Below, piece after piece: positions 1 through 9,462 of a stretch of 64,000 bases of DNA. Below the pieces are notes generated by a model that was not told where the DNA came from, made no database searches, and saw only the letters and a program-made list of their open reading frames with translations. The stretch lies in NCBI GenBank assembly GCA_964608995.1, contig CAZSQS010000001.1, positions 130,659-194,658 on the forward strand. The letters run 5' to 3'. Within the stretch, counting starts at the first letter, position 1. Each line of letters begins with the position of its first letter. This DNA is from an uncultured Smithella sp. (GTDB lineage: Bacteria; Desulfobacterota; Syntrophia; Syntrophales; Smithellaceae). The position numbers and the translations under genes were made by a program.

Positions 1-831
1 CGTCATTGTTGAAAGCGAGGCTAAAATCTTCTCCAGTGTGTTTCGCTTCATGTTCGGGCAGATGGCCCGCTCCGAGACGGGATAAAACCGCTTGGAGGGA
101 TTTTCCTTTTGCATCCGGTGAATGATGCCCAGCTCGGTTCCAATGATGAATTCGTCGGCACTGTCCTCGCGGACGAAGTTGCACATCTTTTCCGTGGAGC
201 CCACCAGATCGGCAAGCTCGGTCAAAGACGGAGGACATTCCGGATGCACCAGGACTTTGGCCTGCGGATGCAGCTTTCGAGCGCGCACAATTTCTTTGGG
301 CTGAATGCGGGCGTGCGTCGGACAGAAGCCCTCCCAGACGATGAAGCGCTTTCCCAATTGATCCGACACGTAGCGCGCCAGATACTGATCGGGCACGAAA
401 ATGATTTCCGAATGTTTCTCCAGGATATGCCGCGCCATGTTGAGCGCGTTGCCGGAGGTGCAGCAATAGTCGCAAAGCGCCTTAACCTCGGCGGTGGTAT
501 TGACATAGCAGACCGATACCGCCCCGGGATGTTTGGCCTGAAGCGCGCGAAGGCCGGGGGCGTCAATCATATCCGCCATCGGGCAACCGGCTTTGGCATC
601 CGGCAGTAAAACGGTTTTGTCCGGTGAGAGGATCTTGGCGGTTTCCGCCATGAAATGTACGCCGCAAAATACGATCACGTCCGCATCGGTTTTGGCGGCC
701 TGTATGCTCAACCCCAGCGAGTCGCCCACAAAATCAGCAATGTCCTGAACTTCGGGCCGCTGGTAGTTATGCGCTAAAATGACGGCATTTTTTTCCTTTT
801 TAAGCTTTGATATTTCGTTTCGAATGTCCAT
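1..831 (-). CDS. nadA: Quinolinate synthase NadA (3' end runs off the window; absent from the ORF track)
   Basis: Manual minus-strand translation from ATG at 831: MDIRNEISKLKKEKNAVILAHNYQRPEVQDIADFVGDSLGLS...IVFCGVHFMAETAKIL...EFIIGTELGIIHR...AICPNMKRNTLEKI. These are classic NadA motifs; no stop before base 1. Confidence 0.95.
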   Translation of the reverse strand, partial: MDIRNEISKLKKEKNAVILAHNYQRPEVQDIADFVGDSLGLSIQAAKTDADVIVFCGVHFMAETAKILSPDKTVLLPDAKAGCPMADMIDAPGLRALQAKHPGAVSVCYVNTTAEVKALCDYCCTSGNALNMARHILEKHSEIIFVPDQYLARYVSDQLGKRFIVWEGFCPTHARIQPKEIVRARKLHPQAKVLVHPECPPSLTELADLVGSTEKMCNFVREDSADEFIIGTELGIIHRMQKENPSKRFYPVSERAICPNMKRNTLEKILASLSTMT

Positions 832-1276
832 GAGGTGACCTCTTTCTGGGTTGGATAGACGCTGTTTCAGGGATTTTACCACCGGCCAGGTCGTGCAGGG
901 TGACGGCTGCCAATGCATTGCGGAGGCCTGTGCTCAGGGCCTGCCAGACATGTCGTGTCGGGCAGCCGGGCACGCGGTCGCAGATCTCGGGATGGGTAGC
1001 GCAATCCACCAGGGAAATTTCCCCATCCACCGCTTCCACAATATCACAAAGCGAGATGTCTTGCGGCTCGTGCGCCAGCAGATAGCCGCCCTTTGCGCCC
1101 CGGACGGATCGGACGAGGCCTGCGCCTCTGAGTGGAAGCACGATCAGACTCAGATACTTTTCCGACAGGGCTTCGCTTGCGGCAATGTCCCGGAGGAAAA
1201 CGGGTTTTTCTCCGGCGTGTCTGGCCAGTTCAATCATCATGCGCACGCCGTAGCGTGAACGCGTGGATAGCTTCAT
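800..1276 (-). CDS. Rrf2-family transcriptional regulator with three-Cys (Fe-S-type) motif
   Basis: MKLSTRSRYGVRMMIELA...VRSVRGAKGGYLLA wHTH; C-terminal CATHPEICDRVPGCPTRHVW; overlaps the nadA start by 32 bp. Confidence 0.92.
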   Translation of the reverse strand: MKLSTRSRYGVRMMIELARHAGEKPVFLRDIAASEALSEKYLSLIVLPLRGAGLVRSVRGAKGGYLLAHEPQDISLCDIVEAVDGEISLVDCATHPEICDRVPGCPTRHVWQALSTGLRNALAAVTLHDLAGGKIPETASIQPRKRSPHGHSKRNIKA

Positions 1277-1454
1277 GGCAAAAAGGCTCCTCGAGTATTT
1301 GATTGGTCCGACCGTGCCGGCAGGCGGCCGCGCGGGGCTGTCTATACTCTATTTCACGGCTAGGAATTAGGATACAACCGTTTGTTTGTCAAGGATAATG
1401 CTTGGGCGCTTGGGGCGGACGGATAAAATTTTCACGGGGTGGAGGCGATGAGCC

Positions 1455-2015
1455 TTATCGCGGCTGGCGCATGAATTGATCGATGTGTCGCGCCACGGCA
1501 ATGCCCAGCTCTCTGGAGGATCGCTTGATGGATTTTTTACCCGGATCGGGGGCGAACAGGGTTGTTTCATTCACCGGTTTTCCGGTGGAGGCATCAATGA
1601 GCCTCACTTGCGCCGCAAGCTTTGTCCGCCGCTTGGCGGTGCTGCCGCGCGGTTTAAGCGTACTGTGCGTCATGACCAGGCGCACCCGGACCAGAAGCGT
1701 GTCGTCTTGTTTTTTAAGTGTCTTTGACGAGGATTTGATAATCATTGGGGTGGCGCCGATGTCCAGAAGCTCACGCAGGGCGGCATTTTCGCAATAGGTG
1801 CTCGCGCTGGGGTAAGAGCGGGCAACGTGGCCATCCGTTTCAAAAGTGTTGAGAATAAGCTTGAAGTAGGCGACGGGCGCCGCTTCGGGAACGGGTGGTG
1901 GTTCGGGAGTTTTCCGAGTGACGATGCCCTTTAGCGGCGCGCAGGCGGCCATCATCAGCACAACGGCAAACACCGCAAAAAAAACAGAATATGGAATGCG
2001 TTGGCGGGGTTTCAT
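1455..2015 (-). CDS. Hypothetical lipoprotein
   Basis: Basic N-terminus, hydrophobic stretch, lipobox-like MMAAC, Pro-rich linker; no family recognised. Confidence 0.7.
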   Translation of the reverse strand: MKPRQRIPYSVFFAVFAVVLMMAACAPLKGIVTRKTPEPPPVPEAAPVAYFKLILNTFETDGHVARSYPSASTYCENAALRELLDIGATPMIIKSSSKTLKKQDDTLLVRVRLVMTHSTLKPRGSTAKRRTKLAAQVRLIDASTGKPVNETTLFAPDPGKKSIKRSSRELGIAVARHIDQFMRQPR

Positions 2016-2109
2016 GAGCTCATTTTTCTCCCGATGCCTTGTTTCATTTTACGAAAGTTTACCTCAGTATTTTTTAAATTGACAGGTAATAGTTTGCAAA
2101 TCAGTTTCA

Positions 2110-3300
2110 TCAGTAAGGCGCCTCGATGAGGGTCTCGCCGATGGGCGCATCCGGGGATGCCGCTTGCGGATAAATATACAGCCGGTCGCCGGGTGAAATT
2201 TTTCCGCCGTTGGCGAGGTTGTTCCAGAGGTAGATCGCCCGCAGCGGGACGTTAAAGCGCGAGGCGATCGCCGTCAGGGTATCACCCCTTTTAACCGTGT
2301 AGGCGTTTTGTTCCTTTTGAGCCGCCCATTGACGCACGAGGTTGTCGTAGCGATTGGTAAATCCCGCCGATGACCCGTAAGGAACGCTCACATCATGGCG
2401 GCCCGGCGGCAGGAAATAACTGCGCAGCTGGGGATTGAGGTCGCGGATCTCTTTAAAATAGGTATTGGCCGCCTCGGCGATGATCTGCAGGGGAACCGCC
2501 TCCTGGGCGTCAACTGAAATCACCTCGAACCGGCGGGCCTCGTAAAGATCTTCCTTGGCCAGGATATAGCCGAAGCGGGACGGGTTGGACATAATAATCT
2601 TGGCCGCCAGAATGCGGAAAATGTATCGCTGGGTCTCCGGATAGAGGTGGAGTTTATAATAGTCGTTGACTTTTTGCACCAGCATTTCACCCCGCAGGCC
2701 ATCCTCACCCATGTTGTACGCTGCGGCGGCCAGTGTCCAGGAGCCGAAAAGGGTATAGAGTTCTTTTAAATACCGGGCGGCGGCCTCAGTGGCGGTGAAG
2801 ATGTTGCGGCGCTCGTCGATATGCGAATTGATGGTCAGTCCGTATTTTGCGCCCGTCGATTCAATAAACTGCCAGTAGCCCACCGCGCCCTTGCCGGAGG
2901 CCGCGTGGGTCAGTAGCGCGCTTTCTGCGATGGCGATGTATTTCAAATCATCTGGCAGGCCGTGCGCTTTGAAGACTTTTTCAATGTGCGGGAAATAGCG
3001 GTTGGCGCGTTTGAGCCACAAAATGATGCTGTCCGTGTTATCCAGAGATATCAGGAACTCGCGCTCCAGCCGCTCGCGCACGTCAGGGTTTTCAACCGGC
3101 ACCGGTTCTGCACAAAAGGTGATCTTGTCTTTGAGCTGGAGCCGCTCGATAATGACCGTGGCGGGGTGATGAAGCGTCAGAGAAGCGGCCCCGGCAGTCT
3201 GCGCACCGTCAAAGGCCGTCAGGCTGAACGAAGCGGCAACGAGCAATAGGAGGCTCTTCGTATGCAAAGCGCTCAATAGGCGAAACTTTTGCCATTTCAT
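2110..3300 (-). CDS. Lytic murein transglycosylase (MltD-like SLT domain + LysM)
   Basis: IAIAESAL...SGKGAVGYWQFIESTG...AAAAYNMGE SLT motifs; C-terminal YTVKRGDTLTAIASRFNV LysM. Confidence 0.92.
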   Translation of the reverse strand: MKWQKFRLLSALHTKSLLLLVAASFSLTAFDGAQTAGAASLTLHHPATVIIERLQLKDKITFCAEPVPVENPDVRERLEREFLISLDNTDSIILWLKRANRYFPHIEKVFKAHGLPDDLKYIAIAESALLTHAASGKGAVGYWQFIESTGAKYGLTINSHIDERRNIFTATEAAARYLKELYTLFGSWTLAAAAYNMGEDGLRGEMLVQKVNDYYKLHLYPETQRYIFRILAAKIIMSNPSRFGYILAKEDLYEARRFEVISVDAQEAVPLQIIAEAANTYFKEIRDLNPQLRSYFLPPGRHDVSVPYGSSAGFTNRYDNLVRQWAAQKEQNAYTVKRGDTLTAIASRFNVPLRAIYLWNNLANGGKISPGDRLYIYPQAASPDAPIGETLIEAPY

Positions 3301-3647
3301 TGGGCGTCTTTTCCCGACTTGAAGGGCTTGGTCAGTCCGTCCCCGATCTCCCTGGCTTCCTGCTTGGCGCCCTCCCCGGCGGTTTTAAGGGTTTTCAAGG
3401 ACTCGTCCCGTGCCTCTTTCAGGCTTGCGGGAATGTCTTCCTTCATCGATTTGGCGTCGCGAACGACGGCGTCTTTACTTTCCTGATACACGTCAACCGC
3501 CTTGCCTTTCACGTTTTTGCCCGCCTCCGTAGCGGATTCGACGACGGTTTTGTCCGATTTCGGTTTGTCGGCATCAGCCGGTTTCGCACTTTCGGCGCCG
3601 GCCAGAAAAACGACCAGGAATAAACAGCAAATAACGAATTTATTCAT
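3297..3647 (-). CDS. Small exported helical hypothetical protein
   Basis: Likely start MNKFVICCLFLVVFLAGAESA (signal peptide); charged Ala/Lys/Glu-rich body; stop overlaps the transglycosylase start (ATGA). Confidence 0.7.
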   Translation of the reverse strand: MNKFVICCLFLVVFLAGAESAKPADADKPKSDKTVVESATEAGKNVKGKAVDVYQESKDAVVRDAKSMKEDIPASLKEARDESLKTLKTAGEGAKQEAREIGDGLTKPFKSGKDAQ

Positions 3648-3914
3648 GTCTTTACTCCTTTTGAACAGTTTTTGAGATGCGGTTATTGGTAATTTTGTCC
3701 GGATTATAGGCAAAAATAAAAACAAATGTCAATCAGGACAAGGATCGGGCAAAAATCAGAAGAGGACGCGTCTTTTTGCCCGAAAGTTCAAATGTTTCCG
3801 AGGTTCATGGGGGTAACGCCGATGCGGGAGGCGCTTTGGTGCGTCGGCGGGTCTGGGACGAAATTCATTAAAGAATCTGATCAGAAAGACCGACTATGTA
3901 TCTATGCTTTCCGG

Positions 3915-4007
3915 TTGTTTGCCACCGGCACGGACGTGGAGCTTTCCACGCCGCTTGAAAACCTCGCGGCCCTGCGACGGGCCGTCGAAGACGACACATC
4001 GGGTTGA
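3915..4007 (+). pseudogene. Probable C-terminal remnant of a uroporphyrinogen decarboxylase/MtaA-CmuA-family methyltransferase gene
   Basis: LFATGTDVELSTPLENLAALRRAVEDDTSG* resembles the URO-D/MtaA C-terminal motif (ILSxGCxxPxxTPxENLxAhxxA), recalled from memory. It ends 3 bp before the DUF1638 gene; upstream codons lack similarity. Confidence 0.5.
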
Positions 4008-4010
4008 ATC

Positions 4011-7000
4011 ATGATCGATACACCCATTACCGTCATCGCCTGTTCCGTCTTGAAACCCGAATTGACCGCCTTGCGCAAAAAAGGGACGATTTCGTTTCCC
4101 GTGCGATTTGTGAGCTCAAAATATCACCTCCAGCCGGAAAAGCTTGCCCGGCGGCTTACAGCGCTGGTGCAAAAGGAACGCGCCTCAGGCGCCCGCGTCA
4201 TCCTGATGTTTGAAGACTGTTTTGCAGGCATGAGCGATCTGACAACCGGCGCGGACGTGGTTCGGGTAGCGGGTGTCAACGCCGCCGAGATGCTTCTGGG
4301 GAAAGAGCGCTACCTGTCGTTTGTCCGGGGCGGCGCCTTTTTTCTGTTTCCTGAATGGGTGACGCACTGGGAAGGAATTCTCTCGGTGTTTCCCGGAATG
4401 GACGCGGAAAGCCAAAAGGCGCTGATGCGCTCAAACCATACCCGCTTTGTGTATCTCGATACCGGTGTGATTGCCGTGCCCTTCGGCAAGCTTCAGGCTT
4501 GCAGTGATTTTTTCGGCCTTCCTTTTGAAGTGGTTGAAACGGGACTGGAGACGCTCGCGGGCGCGCTTCGCGAGGCTCTGGCGCGCCTGAGAACTTCCGG
4601 CGCTCCCCAAAGGCCCGCCTCCGGCGATTCCGGCGCGGCGGCTTTGATGATGCTCGATGTTCTGGCCACCGTCCTTAAAAATCCCGGAAGCCTCTCCGAA
4701 ACAGTGGCCAGGCTCTCCCGGAAAATTCGCGAGTTGACGGGCTCGCGCATGGTGATTCTGGCCCTGAAAAATGAATCCAAAAGCCCCTCCTCCGCCATTC
4801 GCCTGTTATCGGTGTATCCCGAGCGCCACGCCGCCGTGGGCCAGACGCAGGCGGTGCGGCAGATTCTCGAGGCCTCGTTTGGGATGGATTCGGCGACGGT
4901 GTTGCCGGGCTGTCCGGACCCGGAAGAAAAGACGCCGGCACGGGGCAAGCCCTGTCTGGTTCTTCCGATTAAAAGCCCAACGGAGCGCATCGGCACTATT
5001 GTTTCGATCGGTCTTTTGGACGAAAGCTTTGTCGCGCCGATTTTGAACATTTCAGATATTCTTTCAAGCGCAGTGGCCGTTGTTCTGACCAATGCGCTCC
5101 TGCTGGAGGCGCAATCGAAAAACCAGCGAAGGCTGGAAAACGAGATTGAGGAACACCGGCTGCTTTTTGAGCATGCCGTCTCCGCCATTGCCGTTCATGA
5201 AATTGTGCTCGACGAGGCAGGACGTCCGGTGGATTACGTTTTTCTTTCCGCCAATCCCGCGTTTGAGGCGCATACGGGATTGAAGGTGGCCGACGTGATC
5301 GGGCGACGCGCAAGTGACATTTTGCCCGGCATTGAAAAAACGCCGTTTATCGATCTTTACGGCCGGGTGGCGCTGTCGGGGAAACCCATCTCGTTTGAGC
5401 AGTATTCCGATGTATTGAAACGTCATTATTTCATCAGTGCCTACCGGGTGGGGCCTGGCCGGTTTGCGACGGCGTTTACCGACATGACTGCGCGTAAAAA
5501 GGCGGAGGCGGAACTGACCGACGCGCTGGAGGCGCTCAAAGACCGGGAAGAACGCATCAATCTGATGATGGAAGCCACCGACGAGGGGTTCTGGTTTTGG
5601 AACCGGCTGACCCACGAGCTCAAATTCAGCGCGAGCATGCTTCGCCATCTGGGGTTTGATGACGATGGCGCCGGATTCAGTTATCAGTGGTTTGCCGACT
5701 CTATCCATAAAAACAGCGTGTCCGTTTTTGACACGGCGCTCAACGACTATCTGACGGGGAAAAGCAAGTATTACGAGTTTCAATATCTGATCAAGGCAAA
5801 AAACGGCCAGTGGCGCTGGTTCTGGGCGCGCGGCGCCTGCACGGCCTATGGGCCCGACGGCAGCCCGCAGAAATTCATGGGCACACACCGGGACATCACC
5901 GAGCAAAAAAAACTCGGGAAGGAAAGGGAGGCCGCCCAGGAGGCCCTCAGGCAAAAAAGTGAGGAGCTGGAGCGATATTTTACCTCCAGTCTCGATCTGC
6001 TTTGCATTGCGGATACGGAAGGTCATTTTCTTCGTGTAAACCCCGAATGGGGAAACGTGCTGGGCTACAGCGCAGGCGAACTTCACGGGCGGCGATTTCT
6101 GGATTTTGTGCACCCTGACGATCTGGCCGCCACGCTTTCGGTCATCTCGGATCTTGAGGCACAAAACGACGTCTTGAGCTTTGAAAACCGCTATCTGGGC
6201 AAGGACGGCGCGTATCGCTGGATCGAGTGGCGCTCAAAGCCGCAGGGCAATCTGATCTACGCCGCCGCGCGCGACATTACTGCTCGTAAAAATGCGGAAC
6301 TGAATCTGCTGGAGATCAATCAGCGCCTCGAGAAAGCCATGGGGCGCGCCAAAGAGATGGCCCGACAGGCCGGCAAGGCCAACCGGGCGAAAAGCGAATT
6401 TCTGGCGAACATGAGCCACGAAATACGCACGCCGATGAATGCCGTCATCAGCTTAAGCCGGCTGCTTCTGGAAACGCCGCTCGATGATGATCAGCGAGAC
6501 TGCCTCAACAACATCAACGCCTCGTCGCGAATGCTGATGGGGATCATCAACGACATTCTGGATTATTCCAAAATCGAAGCGGGGAAGCTTGAGCTCGATC
6601 ATTCCGAGTTTCGGATCAATGATCTTCTGGAGCAGATGAAAAGTTTGTTTGCCTCGGCCGCCGCCGACAAGCGCCTTCAACTCGTTTTTGAGGCAGCTCA
6701 GGATCTTCCGTCCGTGGTGGTGGGCGATTTCCTGCGCCTGGCCCAGGTGCTGAGCAATCTGATGGGAAACGCCGTCAAGTTTACGAGGCAGGGGTTTGTG
6801 ACCCTGCGGATTTCGCGCACCGGCGGCGATGATACACAGGCGTTGCTATGCTTCGAGGTGAGTGATTCCGGCATTGGTCTGACCCAAGCGCAAATTCGCC
6901 GCTTGTTTAAAGCGTTTTCGCAGGGGGATTCCTCCACGACCCGCGAGTTCGGCGGCACCGGTCTGGGATTGTCCATCAGCCAAAAGCTCGTGGAGCGCAT

Positions 7001-8897
7001 GGGGGGCGCGCTTCAGGTGGAGTCCCTTCCCCAAAAGGGCAGCGTTTTCTTTTTTGAGCTGGAGATGCCGGTATCGGCGCTTCCGGCGGACGCGGGCATA
7101 TCCTCTGACGTCAAGGATTCAAAGGGCGGCTCTGCCGAGTCTGCGCGGGCAGGCAAAACGAAGATTCCTGATTTTTCCGGCTATTCCATTTTGCTGGTGG
7201 AAGACAATATCTTGAATCAGGAAGTGGCCAAACGCTGGCTGGAAAAAACCGGCGTGACCGTCACCGTGGCTGCAAATGGCGCGGAGGCGGTGTCGCTCGT
7301 CGATCAAAGGCGATTTGACCTGGTCCTGATGGATTTGCAGATGCCGGTGATGGACGGCTTTGAGGCCACCCGGCGGATTCGCAAACGGCATCGGGAGCTG
7401 CCGGTGATCGCCCTGTCGGCGGCCGTTTTGGAGGCCGACCGGCAAAAGGCGCGCCGCGCGGGGATGAACGCGCACCTGGCCAAGCCGATTGATAAAAACG
7501 AATTGTACCGGAAATTATCCGGATGGCTAAGACCGATGGATGCGGCTTCGGGTGATGCGGCCCAAATTCCATGGCTTGAGGGGCTTGAAGGGTTTGATGT
7601 GGTCAGCGGGCTTGGGTTGGCCGATGGTGATCCGGCGTTTTATCTCACGCTTTTGCATCACTTTAACGATCAGCTGGCAGACGAATTTGCGGGCCTGGTC
7701 AAACCGCCGGAGGGAATGGATCGTTCTCAAGCGGCTAAAAAGGCTCATGCGCTCAAGGGGGAGGCCGGCGCCGTCGGTCACACACGTCTGGCTGACATGG
7801 CCGCCGAGATGGACCGCGCTTTCAAAGCGGGAGAGTCGATTTCCGAAACACGGCTAGGCGAGTTGCGTGCCACCATGGAAGATGCGCGTCAGCGGCTGGC
7901 CGAGCTGCCTGTATCTCCCGGCGTCAATGCGCATCGTAACGCCGATACCGCAGCGCAGGACGCAAACCGCAGGGGCGCAGGCGAGGGGGAGGCGGCTAAA
8001 CCCGTTGTGCTGATCGTTGACGATCAACCCGCCAATCGCATGGTTTTATCCAAGCTGCTCAAAGACGACTATGCCATTGTGACGGCCGAAAGCGGCGCCG
8101 AGGCGCTACAGATCGCGGCGGGCGAACGTCCGCCTTCGCTCATGCTGCTGGACATTGAAATGCCGGACATGGATGGTTACGAAGTCTGCCGCAGGGTGAA
8201 GGCCAGTGTAAAAACCAGCGGCATCGCCGTGATTTTTGTGACCGGCCGGGATTCCGCACAGGATGAAGAGATGGGGTTTTCCCTGGGGGCGGTGGACTAT
8301 ATCTCCAAGCCCTTCCAGCCCGGCATTGTCCGCGCGCGTGTGCGCAATCACATCAACCTGAAAATTCGAACAGACCTGTTCGAATTGCTCTCCAGCCTCG
8401 ACGCGCTGACCAATATTCCCAACCGGCGCAGCTTCGAGGAGCATCTGGCCCGGGAATGGGCGCGCGCTGCGCGCAAAGGACAGCCCCTGTCGGTGGCGAT
8501 GATGGATATCGATCATTTCAAACTCTACAACGATCACTACGGCCACGGGGCGGGCGATGATTGCCTGCGCCTGGTTGCAAGGACGTTGAAGAAAACGCTC
8601 ACGCGTCCCACAGACATCATCGCCCGCTATGGGGGCGAGGAGTTTGTGGCACTGCTGCCGGATACGGATGCTAAGGGCGCTCGGCATATCGGTGAGCAGA
8701 TGCGCTCCGCCGTTGAGGCGGCGGCCATTGCCCATGACCATTCTCCCACGGCGCGCGTGGTGACCTTAAGCGTTGGCATGGCCACGCAGGTCCGGAAAGG
8801 TTCAAAAGACGCTGCCCGGCCATTGATCGATGCCGCCGATGCGGCCCTGTACCGGGCCAAAAGCTCCGGGCGAAACCAGACCTGCACAGCGGACTGA
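4011..8897 (+). CDS. Multidomain hybrid sensor: DUF1638-like, GAF-like, 3x PAS, HisKA/HATPase, REC, HPt, REC, GGDEF
   Basis: N-terminal VIACSVLKPEL...YHLQPEKL...FEDC...FVYLDTG (DUF1638-like); H-box FLANMSHEIRTPMN; GGTGLGL G2 box; LVLMDLQMPVMDG; HPt AHALKG; LMLLDIEMP; RPTDIIARYGGEEF. Confidence 0.93.
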   Translation: MIDTPITVIACSVLKPELTALRKKGTISFPVRFVSSKYHLQPEKLARRLTALVQKERASGARVILMFEDCFAGMSDLTTGADVVRVAGVNAAEMLLGKERYLSFVRGGAFFLFPEWVTHWEGILSVFPGMDAESQKALMRSNHTRFVYLDTGVIAVPFGKLQACSDFFGLPFEVVETGLETLAGALREALARLRTSGAPQRPASGDSGAAALMMLDVLATVLKNPGSLSETVARLSRKIRELTGSRMVILALKNESKSPSSAIRLLSVYPERHAAVGQTQAVRQILEASFGMDSATVLPGCPDPEEKTPARGKPCLVLPIKSPTERIGTIVSIGLLDESFVAPILNISDILSSAVAVVLTNALLLEAQSKNQRRLENEIEEHRLLFEHAVSAIAVHEIVLDEAGRPVDYVFLSANPAFEAHTGLKVADVIGRRASDILPGIEKTPFIDLYGRVALSGKPISFEQYSDVLKRHYFISAYRVGPGRFATAFTDMTARKKAEAELTDALEALKDREERINLMMEATDEGFWFWNRLTHELKFSASMLRHLGFDDDGAGFSYQWFADSIHKNSVSVFDTALNDYLTGKSKYYEFQYLIKAKNGQWRWFWARGACTAYGPDGSPQKFMGTHRDITEQKKLGKEREAAQEALRQKSEELERYFTSSLDLLCIADTEGHFLRVNPEWGNVLGYSAGELHGRRFLDFVHPDDLAATLSVISDLEAQNDVLSFENRYLGKDGAYRWIEWRSKPQGNLIYAAARDITARKNAELNLLEINQRLEKAMGRAKEMARQAGKANRAKSEFLANMSHEIRTPMNAVISLSRLLLETPLDDDQRDCLNNINASSRMLMGIINDILDYSKIEAGKLELDHSEFRINDLLEQMKSLFASAAADKRLQLVFEAAQDLPSVVVGDFLRLAQVLSNLMGNAVKFTRQGFVTLRISRTGGDDTQALLCFEVSDSGIGLTQAQIRRLFKAFSQGDSSTTREFGGTGLGLSISQKLVERMGGALQVESLPQKGSVFFFELEMPVSALPADAGISSDVKDSKGGSAESARAGKTKIPDFSGYSILLVEDNILNQEVAKRWLEKTGVTVTVAANGAEAVSLVDQRRFDLVLMDLQMPVMDGFEATRRIRKRHRELPVIALSAAVLEADRQKARRAGMNAHLAKPIDKNELYRKLSGWLRPMDAASGDAAQIPWLEGLEGFDVVSGLGLADGDPAFYLTLLHHFNDQLADEFAGLVKPPEGMDRSQAAKKAHALKGEAGAVGHTRLADMAAEMDRAFKAGESISETRLGELRATMEDARQRLAELPVSPGVNAHRNADTAAQDANRRGAGEGEAAKPVVLIVDDQPANRMVLSKLLKDDYAIVTAESGAEALQIAAGERPPSLMLLDIEMPDMDGYEVCRRVKASVKTSGIAVIFVTGRDSAQDEEMGFSLGAVDYISKPFQPGIVRARVRNHINLKIRTDLFELLSSLDALTNIPNRRSFEEHLAREWARAARKGQPLSVAMMDIDHFKLYNDHYGHGAGDDCLRLVARTLKKTLTRPTDIIARYGGEEFVALLPDTDAKGARHIGEQMRSAVEAAAIAHDHSPTARVVTLSVGMATQVRKGSKDAARPLIDAADAALYRAKSSGRNQTCTAD

Positions 8898-9072
8898 TCA
8901 GCCCCGCCAGGAACTCGATTTGAAATTATCCGATTTTACATTACGCGCTTTTCGTATTGTTTTCACCGCTGTCAACGATAATCATGTTGACAAAATATTT
9001 TCTAACAGATAGCGTCTATAAAATTCCCGAGATTACAGTAAATTGCATAAAAATGTTTAAGGAGGCGCGTCA

Positions 9073-9414
9073 ATGGGTACTTTCAGACCGGACATAACAA
9101 ACGTCGTTTTGGAAAGTTGCTGCAAAAAAACATTAACTCTCATCCGTGAAAAAATTGATCTGAGCAATTTAGCGCAAAACTTATTTTTCCCTGCTGTTTT
9201 TGCATCACTTTTTATTAGCCCGTCAGGGAGAGGGGCTGCAATGTCAACAATTATAGGCATTAACCAGACTGATTGGACGGGACTTGCAAATGCCGTTAAA
9301 GACATTGCAGCAGGGACAAAATATGCGGTCAGAAGAGAGGCTTCATATGAAGCCTCAATGCATTCAGGTCAACTCAGCGATTTCTGGGAAGGAATCGCTG
9401 ATGCTTTTAAATAG
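9073..9414 (+). CDS. Orphan 113-aa hypothetical protein (possible internal start at 9241)
   Basis: Strong AGGAGG RBS before ATG 9073; TTGACA at about 8987; AT-rich segment; second purine-rich RBS-like run before ATG 9241. Confidence 0.65.
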   Translation: MGTFRPDITNVVLESCCKKTLTLIREKIDLSNLAQNLFFPAVFASLFISPSGRGAAMSTIIGINQTDWTGLANAVKDIAAGTKYAVRREASYEASMHSGQLSDFWEGIADAFK

Positions 9415-9462
9415 AATAAATCCATCAAACATATGGGATCGTAAAGCATTATAACTAATGCC

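Noticed and set aside
109-609. Long alternate-frame/antisense ORFs in the track (e.g. 109..609, 5064..6164, 31249..32517, 18575..19243, 25294..26067)
   Set aside because: They overlap well-supported genes on the other strand or frame, lack motifs and RBS, and are expected shadows in GC-rich DNA.
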